This document shows, piece after piece, positions 49,765-64,000 of a DNA stretch of 64,000 nucleotides. This stretch comes from the human T2T-CHM13v2.0 reference genome, Homo sapiens. A program made the translations under genes and the position numbers. A model generated the notes under the pieces. It worked only from the letters and a program-made list of their open reading frames with translations, had not been told where the DNA came from and searched no databases. Where the stretch lies: the NCBI RefSeq assembly GCF_009914755.1, contig NC_060925.1; one strand, 5' to 3'. How positions within the stretch are numbered: the stretch's first letter is position 1; every line of letters starts with the position of its first letter.

Positions 49765-50662
49765 TTTAACAATAGTTATGATAGTGGTGATCACCGTTGC
49801 TCTGAGTATTCCTTCAACAAGGGCTGACACAGAGAACAATTATACTTATTGGGCATATTTATCAATCTTGGCTGGCAATAATGCCTGGATGTAATCACTC
49901 TATGATGCAGTTACACATGCTTTCTGATCTCAGTATTTACCATAATAAATCTGCTCCTCTAATTGAGGCATATTGCCCTCAAAAACCTATTCGTAAACAG
50001 AATTGAATCTGGCCAGAAATAATGAATGTACTTGTTTGGGAAGATTGCACTGCAGAACAGGCAGAGATGCTGCACAGTCATTATTGATTGGTCCCCAAAG
50101 GGGATGTTTAGCATGAATTGCACCTCCCAGTCTGTGTGCCATAGCCACACTATGTTCAGCTGGTCTGAACAAAATGGTCAGATGGTAGAAATGATAAGAG
50201 GTATGGCAAGAGTTCCTACTATCTGGAAACATGGCAGTGTAGTGGCACTTCAACCTCAAATGATATGGCCCACTCTAGGGGCTAAACATAAGGATTTGTG
50301 GAAACTATTAATGGCTCTTAATAAGATCCAAATTTGGGAAAGAATAAAAAAGCATCTAGAAGGACACTCTGCAAACTTGTCTTTGGATATTGCAAAATTA
50401 AAAGAACAAATATTTAAAGCATCCCAGACACACCTGACCTTAATGTCAGGAACTGGAGTGCTTGAAGGAGCTGCAGACAGATTAGCAGCTAGTAACCTGT
50501 TAACATGGATAAAAACACTTGGAGGCTCTGTGATTTCGATGATGATTGTGCTTTTAATCTGTGTTGTTTGCCTTTATATAGTCTGCAGATGCAGATCCTG
50601 ACTTCTGAGAGAAGTAGCTCACCATGATAAAGCCGCCTTTGCTTTTATTGTCTTGCAAAAAT

Positions 50663-50674
50663 AAAAAGGGAGAA
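50663..50674 (+). other. Polypurine tract
   Basis: AAAAAGGGAGAA immediately before the 3' LTR. Confidence 0.8.
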
Positions 50675-50676
50675 CA

Positions 50677-51167
50677 TGTTGGGAACAGGCCCCCAAATCT
50701 GGCCATAAACTGGCCCCAAAAATGGCCATAAACAAAATCTCTGCAGCACTGTGACATGTTCGTTATGGCCATGATGCCCACGCTGAAGGTTGTCGGTTTA
50801 CCAGAATGAGGGCAAGGAATACCTGGCCCACCCAGGGCGGAAAACCACTTAAGGCATTCCTAAGCCACAAACAATAGCATGAGCAATCTGTGCCTTAAGG
50901 ACATGTTCCTGCTGCAGATAACTAGCCAAAGCCCATCCCTTTGTTTCCCGTAAGGAATGCTTTTAGTTAATCTATAATCTATAGAAACAATGCTTATCAC
51001 TGGCTTGCTGTCTATAAATATGTGGGTTAATCTCTGTTCATGGCTCTCAGCTCTGAAGGCTGTGAGCCCCCTGATTTCCCACTCCACACTCTATATTTCT
51101 GTGTGTGGGTCTTTAATTCCTCTAGTGCTGCTGGGTTAGGGTCTCCACAACCAACCTGGTCTTGGCA
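50677..51167 (+). repeat. 3' LTR (MER9-type), 491 bp
   Basis: TG...CA ends; 24 substitutions against the 5' LTR by manual alignment; preceded by the PPT. Confidence 0.93.
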
Positions 51168-51483
51168 ATGTACCCCATAAATACATATATTGTTATGTAT
51201 TACAAACATTTGGAAAAAACTTATTAGATAGACATATTTGTTTTTCTCTTCTTCAAAGCATTCTTTAAGGATGGGAACCATATCTTATAACAGTGCCAAG
51301 TACTCTGTGGGGTTTTCACTAAAGATGACATTTTCCATGCCTGGTTGACAGAATGCCAGGTAGGGGCACTCTAAGGCTTTTCCTGGGCTGCTGACACCCT
51401 CCTCATTACCACTGCCTCCCTATCTCCCACAGTATGGTTCCTCAATAGAAGAATAGAAGCAGAGCAGAGCAAATAACCAATAC

Positions 51484-51663
51484 CTGAGAAAACACAATGA
51501 CTTTGCCAGTATCTTCATTTACTGTCTGGATGGTGCCATGAACCACAGCTGTGCCAACAATCTTCCCTGTAACTTGCCCCCTCCTATTAACAACAGCCAC
51601 GGTCTGATTACTGATGGAGAAGTGAACGATGGATTGGGGCTGGGGGCCACCTTCAGACATTAC
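51484..51663 (-). CDS. NUP210L: NUP210L coding exon, 180 bp: VMSEGGPQPQSIVHFSISNQTVAVVNRRGQVTGKIVGTAVVHGTIQTVNEDTGKVIVFSQ (BIG2/Ig-like segment)
   Basis: ccag| acceptor, CAG|gtatt donor; ORF 51442..51660. Confidence 0.93.
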
Positions 51664-52025
51664 CTGGAATTTAAATATACCATTGAATGCCTAGAACATG
51701 AGGGAGAAATCATGTCTCTTTTCCCAACATTTTGTCCAAGCAACTTGACTTCTTCATCTTCCCCCATTTCTTGAACAACATATCCCATATCAACTCAAAT
51801 GCAGAAGAAATGGAAGTACTGCAAATGATCCATGGGATTCCAAGAGAGTTTTTATATGATGTACATCATAGGTCAGGGAAAATACTAATCTTGTTCTTTA
51901 TCAGATCCACTAGTACTTGGGTGAGAGTAAATAAGAGATCAATAGGAAGAGAGGTGTGTGTGTGTGAGAGAGAGAGAGAGGTAAGGAGAAAAGGTAAATC
52001 TTATTTTTTCTGCCTGTAAGTTCAC

Positions 52026-52088
52026 CTGCATCATATTCATTGGAATCAGTGTCATTTTCTCTGGAAGAAGTCTGAATGGAGGAAACAC
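52026..52088 (-). CDS. NUP210L: NUP210L coding exon, 63 bp: VFPPFRLLPEKMTLIPMNMMQ
   Basis: ttttctccttcaag| acceptor, CAG|gtgaa donor; phase 0-0. Confidence 0.9.
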
Positions 52089-52243
52089 CTTGAAGGAGAA
52101 AACCAAAAGGACAACAGTAACTAACTAGAGTCAATTTTATAACATATCATGGTCATTTAAATTTTTTTTTTTTTTAGACAGAGTCTTGCTCTGTTGCCCA
52201 TGCTGAAGTGCAGTGGCACGATCACAGCTCACTGCAGCCTTGA

Positions 52244-53056
<813 letters not shown>

Positions 53057-53128
53057 TAGGAATACTAAAATAAGTTATATATCTACTCACTAGAGTAAAA
53101 GTGATCATTAAAATTATGTTTACAGTTA

Positions 53129-53367
<239 letters not shown>

Positions 53368-53592
53368 TCATTTAACACCTTTAAAATTTGTGCTTTCCAC
53401 ATTTTCTTTTCTTTTCTTTTTTTAAGAGACAGGGTATCATTCTGTCACCCAGACTGAAGTGCAGTGGCACGATCATGGCTTATTTCAGCCTGGAACTCCT
53501 CCTGGGCTCAAGTGACACTCCTGTTTCAGTCTCCCAAGTAGCTGGGACCACAGGCATGCACCACTACACATGTTTTTCCAAATTTTCTATAA

Positions 53593-53772
<180 letters not shown>

Positions 53773-54070
53773 TGATCCTCCTACTTTAGCCTCTTGAGTA
53801 GCTGGAACTACAGGCACACCATGTCTGGCTAATTTATTTTATTTTATTTTTATTTTTGTAGAGACAGAGTCTCACTATGTTGCCCAGGGTGGTTTCATAC
53901 TCCTGGGTTTAAGTGATGTTCCCACCTCAGCCTCCCAAAGTGCTCACATGGTGGTGTGAGCCACTGTGCCCAGCCAGTCAAATGATTTTTAACTTGTATA
54001 AACTAACAGAAAAAGACAAATGATGTTAAGCAAGAAAAAGTACAAATTTTGGATGAGATAATTTCCTTAC

Positions 54071-54203
54071 TTCAATGTGCCGAGGAGTTGATGTGTATTT
54101 TCTTCCCATCTTGTCCTTGGCAATAGCCACAAGTGTGGTTTGCCCAATAGTGGTAGCTCGAAGAATATAATTTTCAGAGTATTCGTCCTGTTGCTCCATT
54201 GGT
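54071..54203 (-). CDS. NUP210L: NUP210L coding exon, 133 bp: PMEQQDEYSENYILRATTIGQTTLVAIAKDKMGRKYTSTPRHIE
   Basis: gcag| acceptor, |gtaag donor; completes the phase-2 codon; ORF 54026..54217. Confidence 0.93.
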
Positions 54204-54231
54204 CTGCAAAAACCCATGTATTTTCAGGTGA

Positions 54232-54453
<222 letters not shown>

Positions 54454-54945
54454 TGAATTTTGGATTCAAGCAATCCTCCTGCCACAGCCTCCCATCATGC
54501 TGGGATTGCAGCATGAGTCACCACGCTTGGCCAAGATTAGGTTCTGAAAGTGGCCAGTGGTGCATCTTTCCAAGGTGCTTAACATTTTCTGCTCATTTTA
54601 ACTCTGGTTAGGGGGAATTGCAAGAAAATAAATTTCCAGAGTGAAGACAAATTTCAAGGGAACGGTGGAAGGCTCCTGAGAGGCAAAAATTTGTTCTAAG
54701 GCTCCAGAGGAATAAGGGCAATATAAAAATAGACTGGTAAAATTGCAAATACTAAATTGCCTGAAATTCCTGAATTTCTCCTTTCTCAGAGGGGAATACC
54801 AGTATGTCTGCCTCTAAATATATTTTTAAAGGGTCCTCTATCCTGAAGCACCCCCAAAAGATATCATCCAAGGAGAGGTTTCAGAAAATGGAAATATTAA
54901 TGACATGTGACCTTAGCCCCCAAACAAGGCATCTGAGGACCTCGA

Positions 54946-54946
<1 letters not shown>

Positions 54947-54991
<45 letters not shown>
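54947..54991. repeat. (TG)n microsatellite
   Basis: Directly visible. Confidence 0.95.
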
Positions 54992-54993
<2 letters not shown>

Positions 54994-55342
54994 TTTAAGA
55001 GATGTAGGCCGTGCTATGTTGCCCAGGCTGGAGTGCAGTGGCTATTCACAGGCACAATTATATTATAGTGTGCTAGAGCCTCCAACTCCTAGGCTCAAGT
55101 GAATCTCCTGCCCTAGCCTCCTGAGTAGCTGGGACTACAGGCATGTACCCTCACGCCAGGCTCAAATGGATATTTTGTAGAGAGCTGAATATGGGAAGAG
55201 CGTATGGGCTGAAATGTATTCTAACAGAAAAGGAATGGAGAAAATCTGAAATAATCTAAGGTAAGGGAAAGCTGACCAGGTCACTAGGAGGGAGAGTCTT
55301 ATGATATGCAGAGTGGGAAGGAAGTATTGAAATGGTACTTAC

Positions 55343-55470
55343 GTCAGGGTGACAATGGCAGAAGCCAACTGCAGTTTGAGTTCCATGTTTCTGAAGTATT
55401 TATTTTGGAATGGGCGTTTGGAAGAGCCAAGAACCCTCACAGTCACTAACACAGTTTTGTCTATTTCAAC
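55343..55470 (-). CDS. NUP210L: NUP210L coding exon, 128 bp: VEIDKTVLVTVRVLGSSKRPFQNKYFRNMELKLQLASAIVTL(T)
   Basis: ctag| acceptor, |gtaag donor; ends in phase 2. Confidence 0.92.
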
Positions 55471-55818
55471 CTAGTAGTTAAAAAGAAAAAGATTTTAGCA
55501 AAGGTGTCTCATTCACCAATGGCAGTCTAACTCTTAGAGGGCAGTGTACTTTTTTTTTCTTTCATGCTAAATGATCCTGGTCAGCCTTCAATCAAATAAG
55601 CTTAATCTATGTGTATTGTTTTAAGTTGGTTTTTAACAGTCTATTTATCTTCATCTGTTTAATGTTGAAATGTTGTTCTTTAAGGGCAGGTATTTCCATT
55701 AACATTACCAGAAGTCCTGGTATACACACACAGTAGCTGAGCAGAGACTATATTAAGGAATGCTGGGTAGTGAGAATAAGTCTTGCTTAATTTCTGAGAT
55801 AAAACAAACATGTCTCAC

Positions 55819-55947
55819 CTTATCAATCAGATCAAGCTCCAGCTCTTGTATGTCTGACACCCTGAGGTGGGCTGTTGCTGGACCCAAGAAAGCCAAACAA
55901 AGATCATAGACCTCCAAGGTAAAAAATCCAGGATGTAATGGAACTAA
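55819..55947 (-). CDS. NUP210L: NUP210L coding exon, 129 bp: LVPLHPGFFTLEVYDLCLAFLGPATAHLRVSDIQELELDLIDK
   Basis: ccag| acceptor, AAG|gtgag donor; lies within ORF 55753..55995. Confidence 0.93.
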
Positions 55948-57291
55948 CTGGAAGTAAGAAGATGGTAGCTGGATAAAGAAGCAAACATGCTCCAAGCATA
56001 ATCAAAGCAACTATTTTCACCCAAAGCAGAATAGAAAACATCTTGCTTTCTTTGAACTGGGGACTCTCAGACGTCACGTAACATTATTCAGGCATAGCAT
56101 AATATGTACACTTAATGTGATGTTTCCGATTATGGCAAAATCTGTACTTTAACAAATATAGGTTGGGCGCAGTGGCTCACGCCTATAATCCCAGCACTTT
56201 GGGAGGCTGAGGCAGGAGGATCACTTGAGCCCAGGAGTTCAAGAACAGCCTGGGGAACAAAGCAAAATCCTGGTCTCTATAAAAACTTTTTAAAAAAAAT
56301 TAGCAAGGCTGGGCGTGGTGGCACATGCCTGTAATCCCAGCACTTTGAGAGGCTGAGGCAAGAGGATTGCTTGAGCCCTGGAGTTTGAGACAAGCCTGGG
56401 CAACATGGTGAAACCCTGTCTTTACCCAAAACAAAACAAAAATTAGCTGGGCACGGTGGTCCGTGCCTGTAGTCCCAGTTACTCAGGAGGCTGAGGGAGG
56501 ATCACTTGAATTTGGGAGGTTGAGGATGCAGGGAGTTGAGACTGTGCCACTGCACTTCAGCCTGGGAAACAGAGTGAGACCTTGTCTCAAAAAAAAAAAA
56601 AAATTAGCTGGGCATGGTGGCACACACCTATAATCCCAGCTACTCAGAAGGCTGAGGTGGATCACTTGAATCTAAGAGTTCAAGGCTACAGTGAGCTATG
56701 ATCATGCCACGCACTCCAGCCTGAGCAACAGAGTGAGACCCTATTTCTACTGAACAAAACGAAACAAAAACAAATAGTAAAGAGCAGAATTTATGTTGAT
56801 TGAATTCAAGCAGAATCCAACATATGTATTCAGCTTCTCAATTATAAATAGGGAAAGGATGTCATGAAGAAAAATCGCGTGCATTTATGCCACAATCACT
56901 AGTAGGGGGAGAAAGCATTAGGCCAACTAACACTGTTTTTTCTTTCTTTGTGCTACAGTTCCTGCACAATAGCATGTTTTTTTCACATCATTTGTACCTT
57001 AGTCTTCCCTTTTTAAAACATATATTATGACTAGGGTAAGTTAAATTACTTTAAGCTGTTAGAAAGGAACTATATACATATATTAATAGATGGTATTATT
57101 TTTATTACTATAAATCAACTAAAAACAAATCCTTTGGCATACTGACTATGGAGTTAGGTTAATGTTTTGAGTTGTCATGTCCTGGCTGAAAACATCATAT
57201 ATTCATGTTATAAAGTCAACAGTGGCCTGGCGCAGTGGTTCACACCTGCAATCCTAGCACTTTGGGCAGATCACTTGAGGTCAAGAGTTCA

Positions 57292-57531
<240 letters not shown>

Positions 57532-57793
57532 CTACACAGATGTGTGCTTTGAAACTTATAAAAATGAAACTTCTTTTAACGGAAATCTTCTAACTGAGAT
57601 CTCTTATACTGTCTCTGTTCAACCAGAAGCAAAAAAAGCACTCCCTTTTGGTTGAAGAATCTATATAGGTTAAAGAAAGAAAGGAAAATGTTACTTCTGT
57701 AACAAGTTTTAGACACAAAATGGAATTTTTCCAATCTCCTCAGAATGAGCTTTGGCCTGAGACCATCAATCTGGGACTGTCTCTAGAGCTCAC

Positions 57794-57895
57794 CTCAACA
57801 GAGCTTTCTGCTTCCATGTAAGTGATGGTGACAACACCCTGCTCACTGCTGTTGACTAAAAAATAACCAGATCCTTCCACAAGGCTAAATGTTTC
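57794..57895 (-). CDS. NUP210L: NUP210L coding exon, 102 bp: ETFSLVEGSGYFLVNSSEQGVVTITYMEAESSVE
   Basis: atag| acceptor, GAG|gtgag donor; EGSGYF motif typical of gp210. Confidence 0.92.
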
Positions 57896-58191
57896 CTATG
57901 GAAAAATCAGACAAACAATATTCTGTTTGCTTCAGTTTATAAATAGCTCAAAGGAAATAATTTCTACCTACCTAAGAAAGAATATGGGATAAAAAGATTA
58001 AAGTGAATAGACAAAAGACAAAATACAATTATTAAAGTACAATTTTTAAGGACAGTGCAACTATTATATATGTGTTTTACATATATGTATCAATTATTTT
58101 CAACACATAAGTTTTTTAATTGTTATGCTATTAATTTTAATAACTTCCCCTCCAATATGATTCCATTTAACTAGACTCATACAGCTTCTAC

Positions 58192-58296
58192 CTTTACATC
58201 AGGGTGGTTATAGATGGTGGCATTCTCAGGCACTACAGTTACATCATCTACCAGGAGCAGTTCCACATCTACAGATCTGGGCAAGTTGGAAATTTC
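58192..58296 (-). CDS. NUP210L: NUP210L coding exon, 105 bp: EISNLPRSVDVELLLVDDVTVVPENATIYNHPDVK
   Basis: ctag| acceptor, AAG|gtaga donor; phase 0-0. Confidence 0.92.
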
Positions 58297-58299
58297 CTA

Positions 58300-58620
<321 letters not shown>

Positions 58621-58835
58621 TCATCTCAAATAATAATAATAATAATAATAATAATAAAGTCAATGTCTAATTCTTCAGCTCTATGGGAGAAGTTTCCAGG
58701 ACTCTCTCAAGGGCCAAAATAACAGAATTACAGAGGTATATAGTCTCAGCTTTATGTAAGTTGTACAACTTTTAAAGAAGAGCTTTACATTCCAATTATT
58801 TAATTTATATTTCTTACATTATAATCTCCACTCAC

Positions 58836-58924
58836 TTTTGGGCTTTTCTTCTCTGAATAGCCCACAAAATTGACTCCAATCAGTACAGTCCCTTTTATCT
58901 GATGTACTTTAAGGATCTGATGAC
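58836..58924 (-). CDS. NUP210L: NUP210L coding exon, 89 bp: (G)HQILKVHQIKGTVLIGVNFVGYSEKKSPK
   Basis: ccag| acceptor, |gtgag donor; ends in phase 0. Confidence 0.9.
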
Positions 58925-59718
58925 CTGGAAACATGCAGAAAAATACCCTGTGAGAAACAATAACATGTAGAATACGCAAGTGTTTCTAGAAAACCACATT
59001 CTGCCACAGTTTTTCCAAATGGTGCTTTATTGCAGGGGAGGAAAAACTCTCAATGGGGAAATACATAAGAAAAAACTGTTTTTTGTTTTTGTTTTTGTTT
59101 TGAGATGGAGTGTCGCTGTGTTGCCCAGGCTGAAGTGCAGTGATGTGATCTCGGCTTACCACAACCTCCCGGGTTCAAGCAATTCTCCTGCCTCAGCCTC
59201 CCAAGTAGCTGGGACTGCAGGCGCGTGCCACGATGCCTGGCTAATTTTTGTATTTTTAGTAGAGATGGGGTTTCACTATGTTGGGCAGGCTGGTCTCGAA
59301 TTCCTGACCTCGTGATCTGCCCGCCTCGGCCTCCCAAAGTGCTGGGATTACAGACACGAGCCACCATGCCCGGCCTGAAAACTGGGTTTTTGTGCTGACC
59401 ATGCCAATATGTACCCATATGACCCTGAGCAAACACTTTATCTCTTATTTCCTTTATTAAATGAGGGACTGGGCCAGGCGAAATCTAAAATTCTTTCTAG
59501 CTTTGATGGTCTATGAGTCCAAAAATAGGCTGACAAGTGTAATTTTTTGTCCAATTTACAAATGGAAGTGAGAAAGGGATAGTCCTTTGGGATCTTTCAT
59601 CTTTCATTCTCCTAAATTGTCCTCTACATTTACATGTCATGTAAGTCACTTAGCAAAGTGTTTAAATGGCTAACTGTTCTTAATTAGATCAATCCAAACT
59701 CCTTAAACTTGTATTTGA

Positions 59719-60034
<316 letters not shown>

Positions 60035-60247
60035 TAACCAGGCTGGTCTTGAACTCCCGAGCTCAAGTGATCCTCCTGCCTCAGCCTCCTAAAGTGCTGG
60101 GATTACAGGTGTGAGCTACTGCACATGGCCTTTTTTTCTTTTTTTAATTTAACAAACATGAATCTGCCACTTCACTTAGGTCAGTTTTAATTTTGTCCTC
60201 AATATATAATCATGCCTAAATCTGTGAGGCAGTTTCTTGTGATGCCA

Positions 60248-60770
60248 CATTCATTCAACAAATATTTATTGAGGGCCTACTACATGCCAGGTGCTATGTT
60301 AGGTAATTAGAATACAGAAATTAAGAAGAAAACACAATCCTTGCCTTCAAAGAAACCCATAGTTTAGTGAGGGGAGACTGAGTAGTAAACCAATCAATGC
60401 AATACAGTGTGATAAGTGCTATTATAGAAGTACGTACAGAGCACATATAGTATATAAGAGCACAAAGAAGGAATATTTATTTTAGACCGGGAATATAGAG
60501 GGACAGAAAACTCCTAGGTTTCCTAGAGGAAGATTTCAGCCCAGTGAAGATGTGAGAAAAGCATGTTTTAAGAAAATAGAACATATGCAATATATGCAAA
60601 GGAAAGAAGAATGACAAGCTTTGTCATAGTTAGGGATCTAAAGTTGTTGAGGGTGAGAAAAATATAGGATATGTGTGGATAGTAATAAGAGGTGAAACCA
60701 AAGAAGTAAACAGGGTCAGTCTGTTAAGCTACAACATACAAATTTTACCCTGAAAGAATGGGGAATCTCT
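60248..60770 (-). mobile_element. L2 3' end relic
   Basis: CATTCATTCAACAAATATTTATTGAGGGCCTACTACATGCCAGG. Confidence 0.75.
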
Positions 60771-60779
60771 GAAGACAAT

Positions 60780-61040
60780 ATGGTGACAGTATAGTCAGCA
60801 GTCAGGACTACAGGCTTTGATGTCAGGGAGTTTGCTGCTTCATCTATTTACCTTTGTAATCTTAGGTCCTAAAACTGAGCCAATTATAGTAAGAACTAAA
60901 TAAATGTATGATAAATCAACAAATTCACAAAATGGGGATAATAATACCAATCTCTCATGGTGGTTAGAAGATTATGTGAAAAAGTGTATAAAGTAGTTAG
61001 TGCAGTGCCTGGCATGTCATGAGAGCTCAGTAAATAGCAA
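60780..61040 (+). mobile_element. MIR relic
   Basis: AAAATGGGGATAATAATACC...AGTGCCTGGCATGTCATGAGAGCTCAGTAAAT core. Confidence 0.65.
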
Positions 61041-61459
61041 CCAAAAAAGGATTTTAAGAGAGATATTCAGACTTGTATTGTGAAGAAGAATCATCTTCCA
61101 GTGTAGAAGAAAGTGGTACAAAAGCTAACTTTTAGATTTCCGGGATGAGCATTTGGGTAGATGTAGAACCATTCAATGGAATAGGGAGCACTAAAGTACA
61201 TATATTATATATATGTATGATATGGTATATTATACATAATATGTATATATTATATATAAATTATATAACACGTCTACATATTTTATATGCATAAATATAT
61301 TAAATAATATTTTATTATTTTTTAATAGAGGTGGTGGGGGGTCTCACTATGTTGCCCAAGCTGGTCTTGCACTCTTGGGCTTAAGTGATTCTCTTGCCTC
61401 AGTTTCCCAAAGTGCTGGGATTACAGGCATGAGCCAATGCACCTGGCCTAAACAGTTAT

Positions 61460-61650
61460 ATTAATGGTCCACAGTGAATCATGCCTGCTGGTATCCATGC
61501 CTTTGTATAGTCCCACCCACCTTGACTCTGGTTTTTGTCAGGTGACTTACATTAGTGAATGGGACATCAGCGAATGGGACATCAGCAAATATGACACAAG
61601 CAGAAGCTTAATAAGCACTTGGGCATGAGGGCTTGTTGCCTTTTTAGAAC
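61460..61650 (+). mobile_element. MLT1-type (MaLR) LTR fragment with a 15-bp tandem duplication GAATGGGACATCAGC
   Basis: ATCCATGCCTTTGTATAGTCCC...CAAATATGACACAAGCAGAAGCTT resembles MLT1 LTRs. Confidence 0.55.
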
Positions 61651-61699
61651 CTCATCTATGCCTCGTGCCTCTCTGACTTAGTCTCACTCGCCTTCTTAA

Positions 61700-61995
61700 G
61701 CTCATTCTTGCTATTTCCTCTTCCTGTCACCACTCCAGGTCTCAGCATAAATGTCACTTTCTCAGGGTAGCCTTCCCTGTTCAAGACGAGGTTAGGTCTC
61801 CCTGAAGCTCTCAAGTCTTCCTGTATTTGCACTTAACACAGTTGTAATGTTTAAAGTCTGGCTTCTCCAGCTATAGTCTGCCTTAGACTATAAGTATATG
61901 AGGGAAAAGCCATGTCAATCTCATTCATCATCTCCAGTGCCTAGCAGAGGACCTTACATGTAGCCTTTCAATAAATATTTACTAACAAATAAATA
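61700..61995 (+). mobile_element. L2 3' end relic
   Basis: GTCTCAGCATAAATGTCACTTTCTCAGGG...CCAGTGCCTAGCAG...TCAATAAATATTT. Confidence 0.6.
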
Positions 61996-62030
61996 ATATT
62001 AGGAAAATAGTAGGCAGTCAATACATTTTA

Positions 62031-64000
<1,970 letters not shown>

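Noticed and set aside
56070-56081. CRE/bZIP-like motif GACGTCACGTAA in an intron of a testis gene
   Set aside because: Imperfect short motif expected by chance in 64 kb; no supporting evidence.

Overview
Primate (very likely human) Alu-rich genomic DNA lying inside one minus-strand gene that I recognise as NUP210L (testis-enriched nucleoporin gp210 paralogue). I traced 18 consecutive internal coding exons (58924 down to 7234). All have canonical AG/GT junctions and compatible phases, and they join into one uninterrupted 2376-nt reading frame (lumenal Ig-like region; start and stop lie outside the window). The introns hold roughly a hundred Alus plus L1, L2, MIR and MLT relics. They also hold a decayed HERV-K(HML-3)/MER9-type provirus (44618-51167, antisense to the gene, both LTRs present, internally deleted gag and env, AluY in integrase) and a near full-length U6 snRNA copy fused to the 5' end of a long, old L1MA-type element (U6/L1 chimera, about 27841-37278). 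Nearly all ORFs in the supplied track are Alu/L1/LTR artefacts. I found no convincing previously undescribed biological system. The best leads are the U6-L1 chimera, the provirus oddities, and several DNA-repair or Alu-recombination scars. Repeat subfamily names come from remembered consensus sequences, not from a search, and repeat boundaries are approximate.
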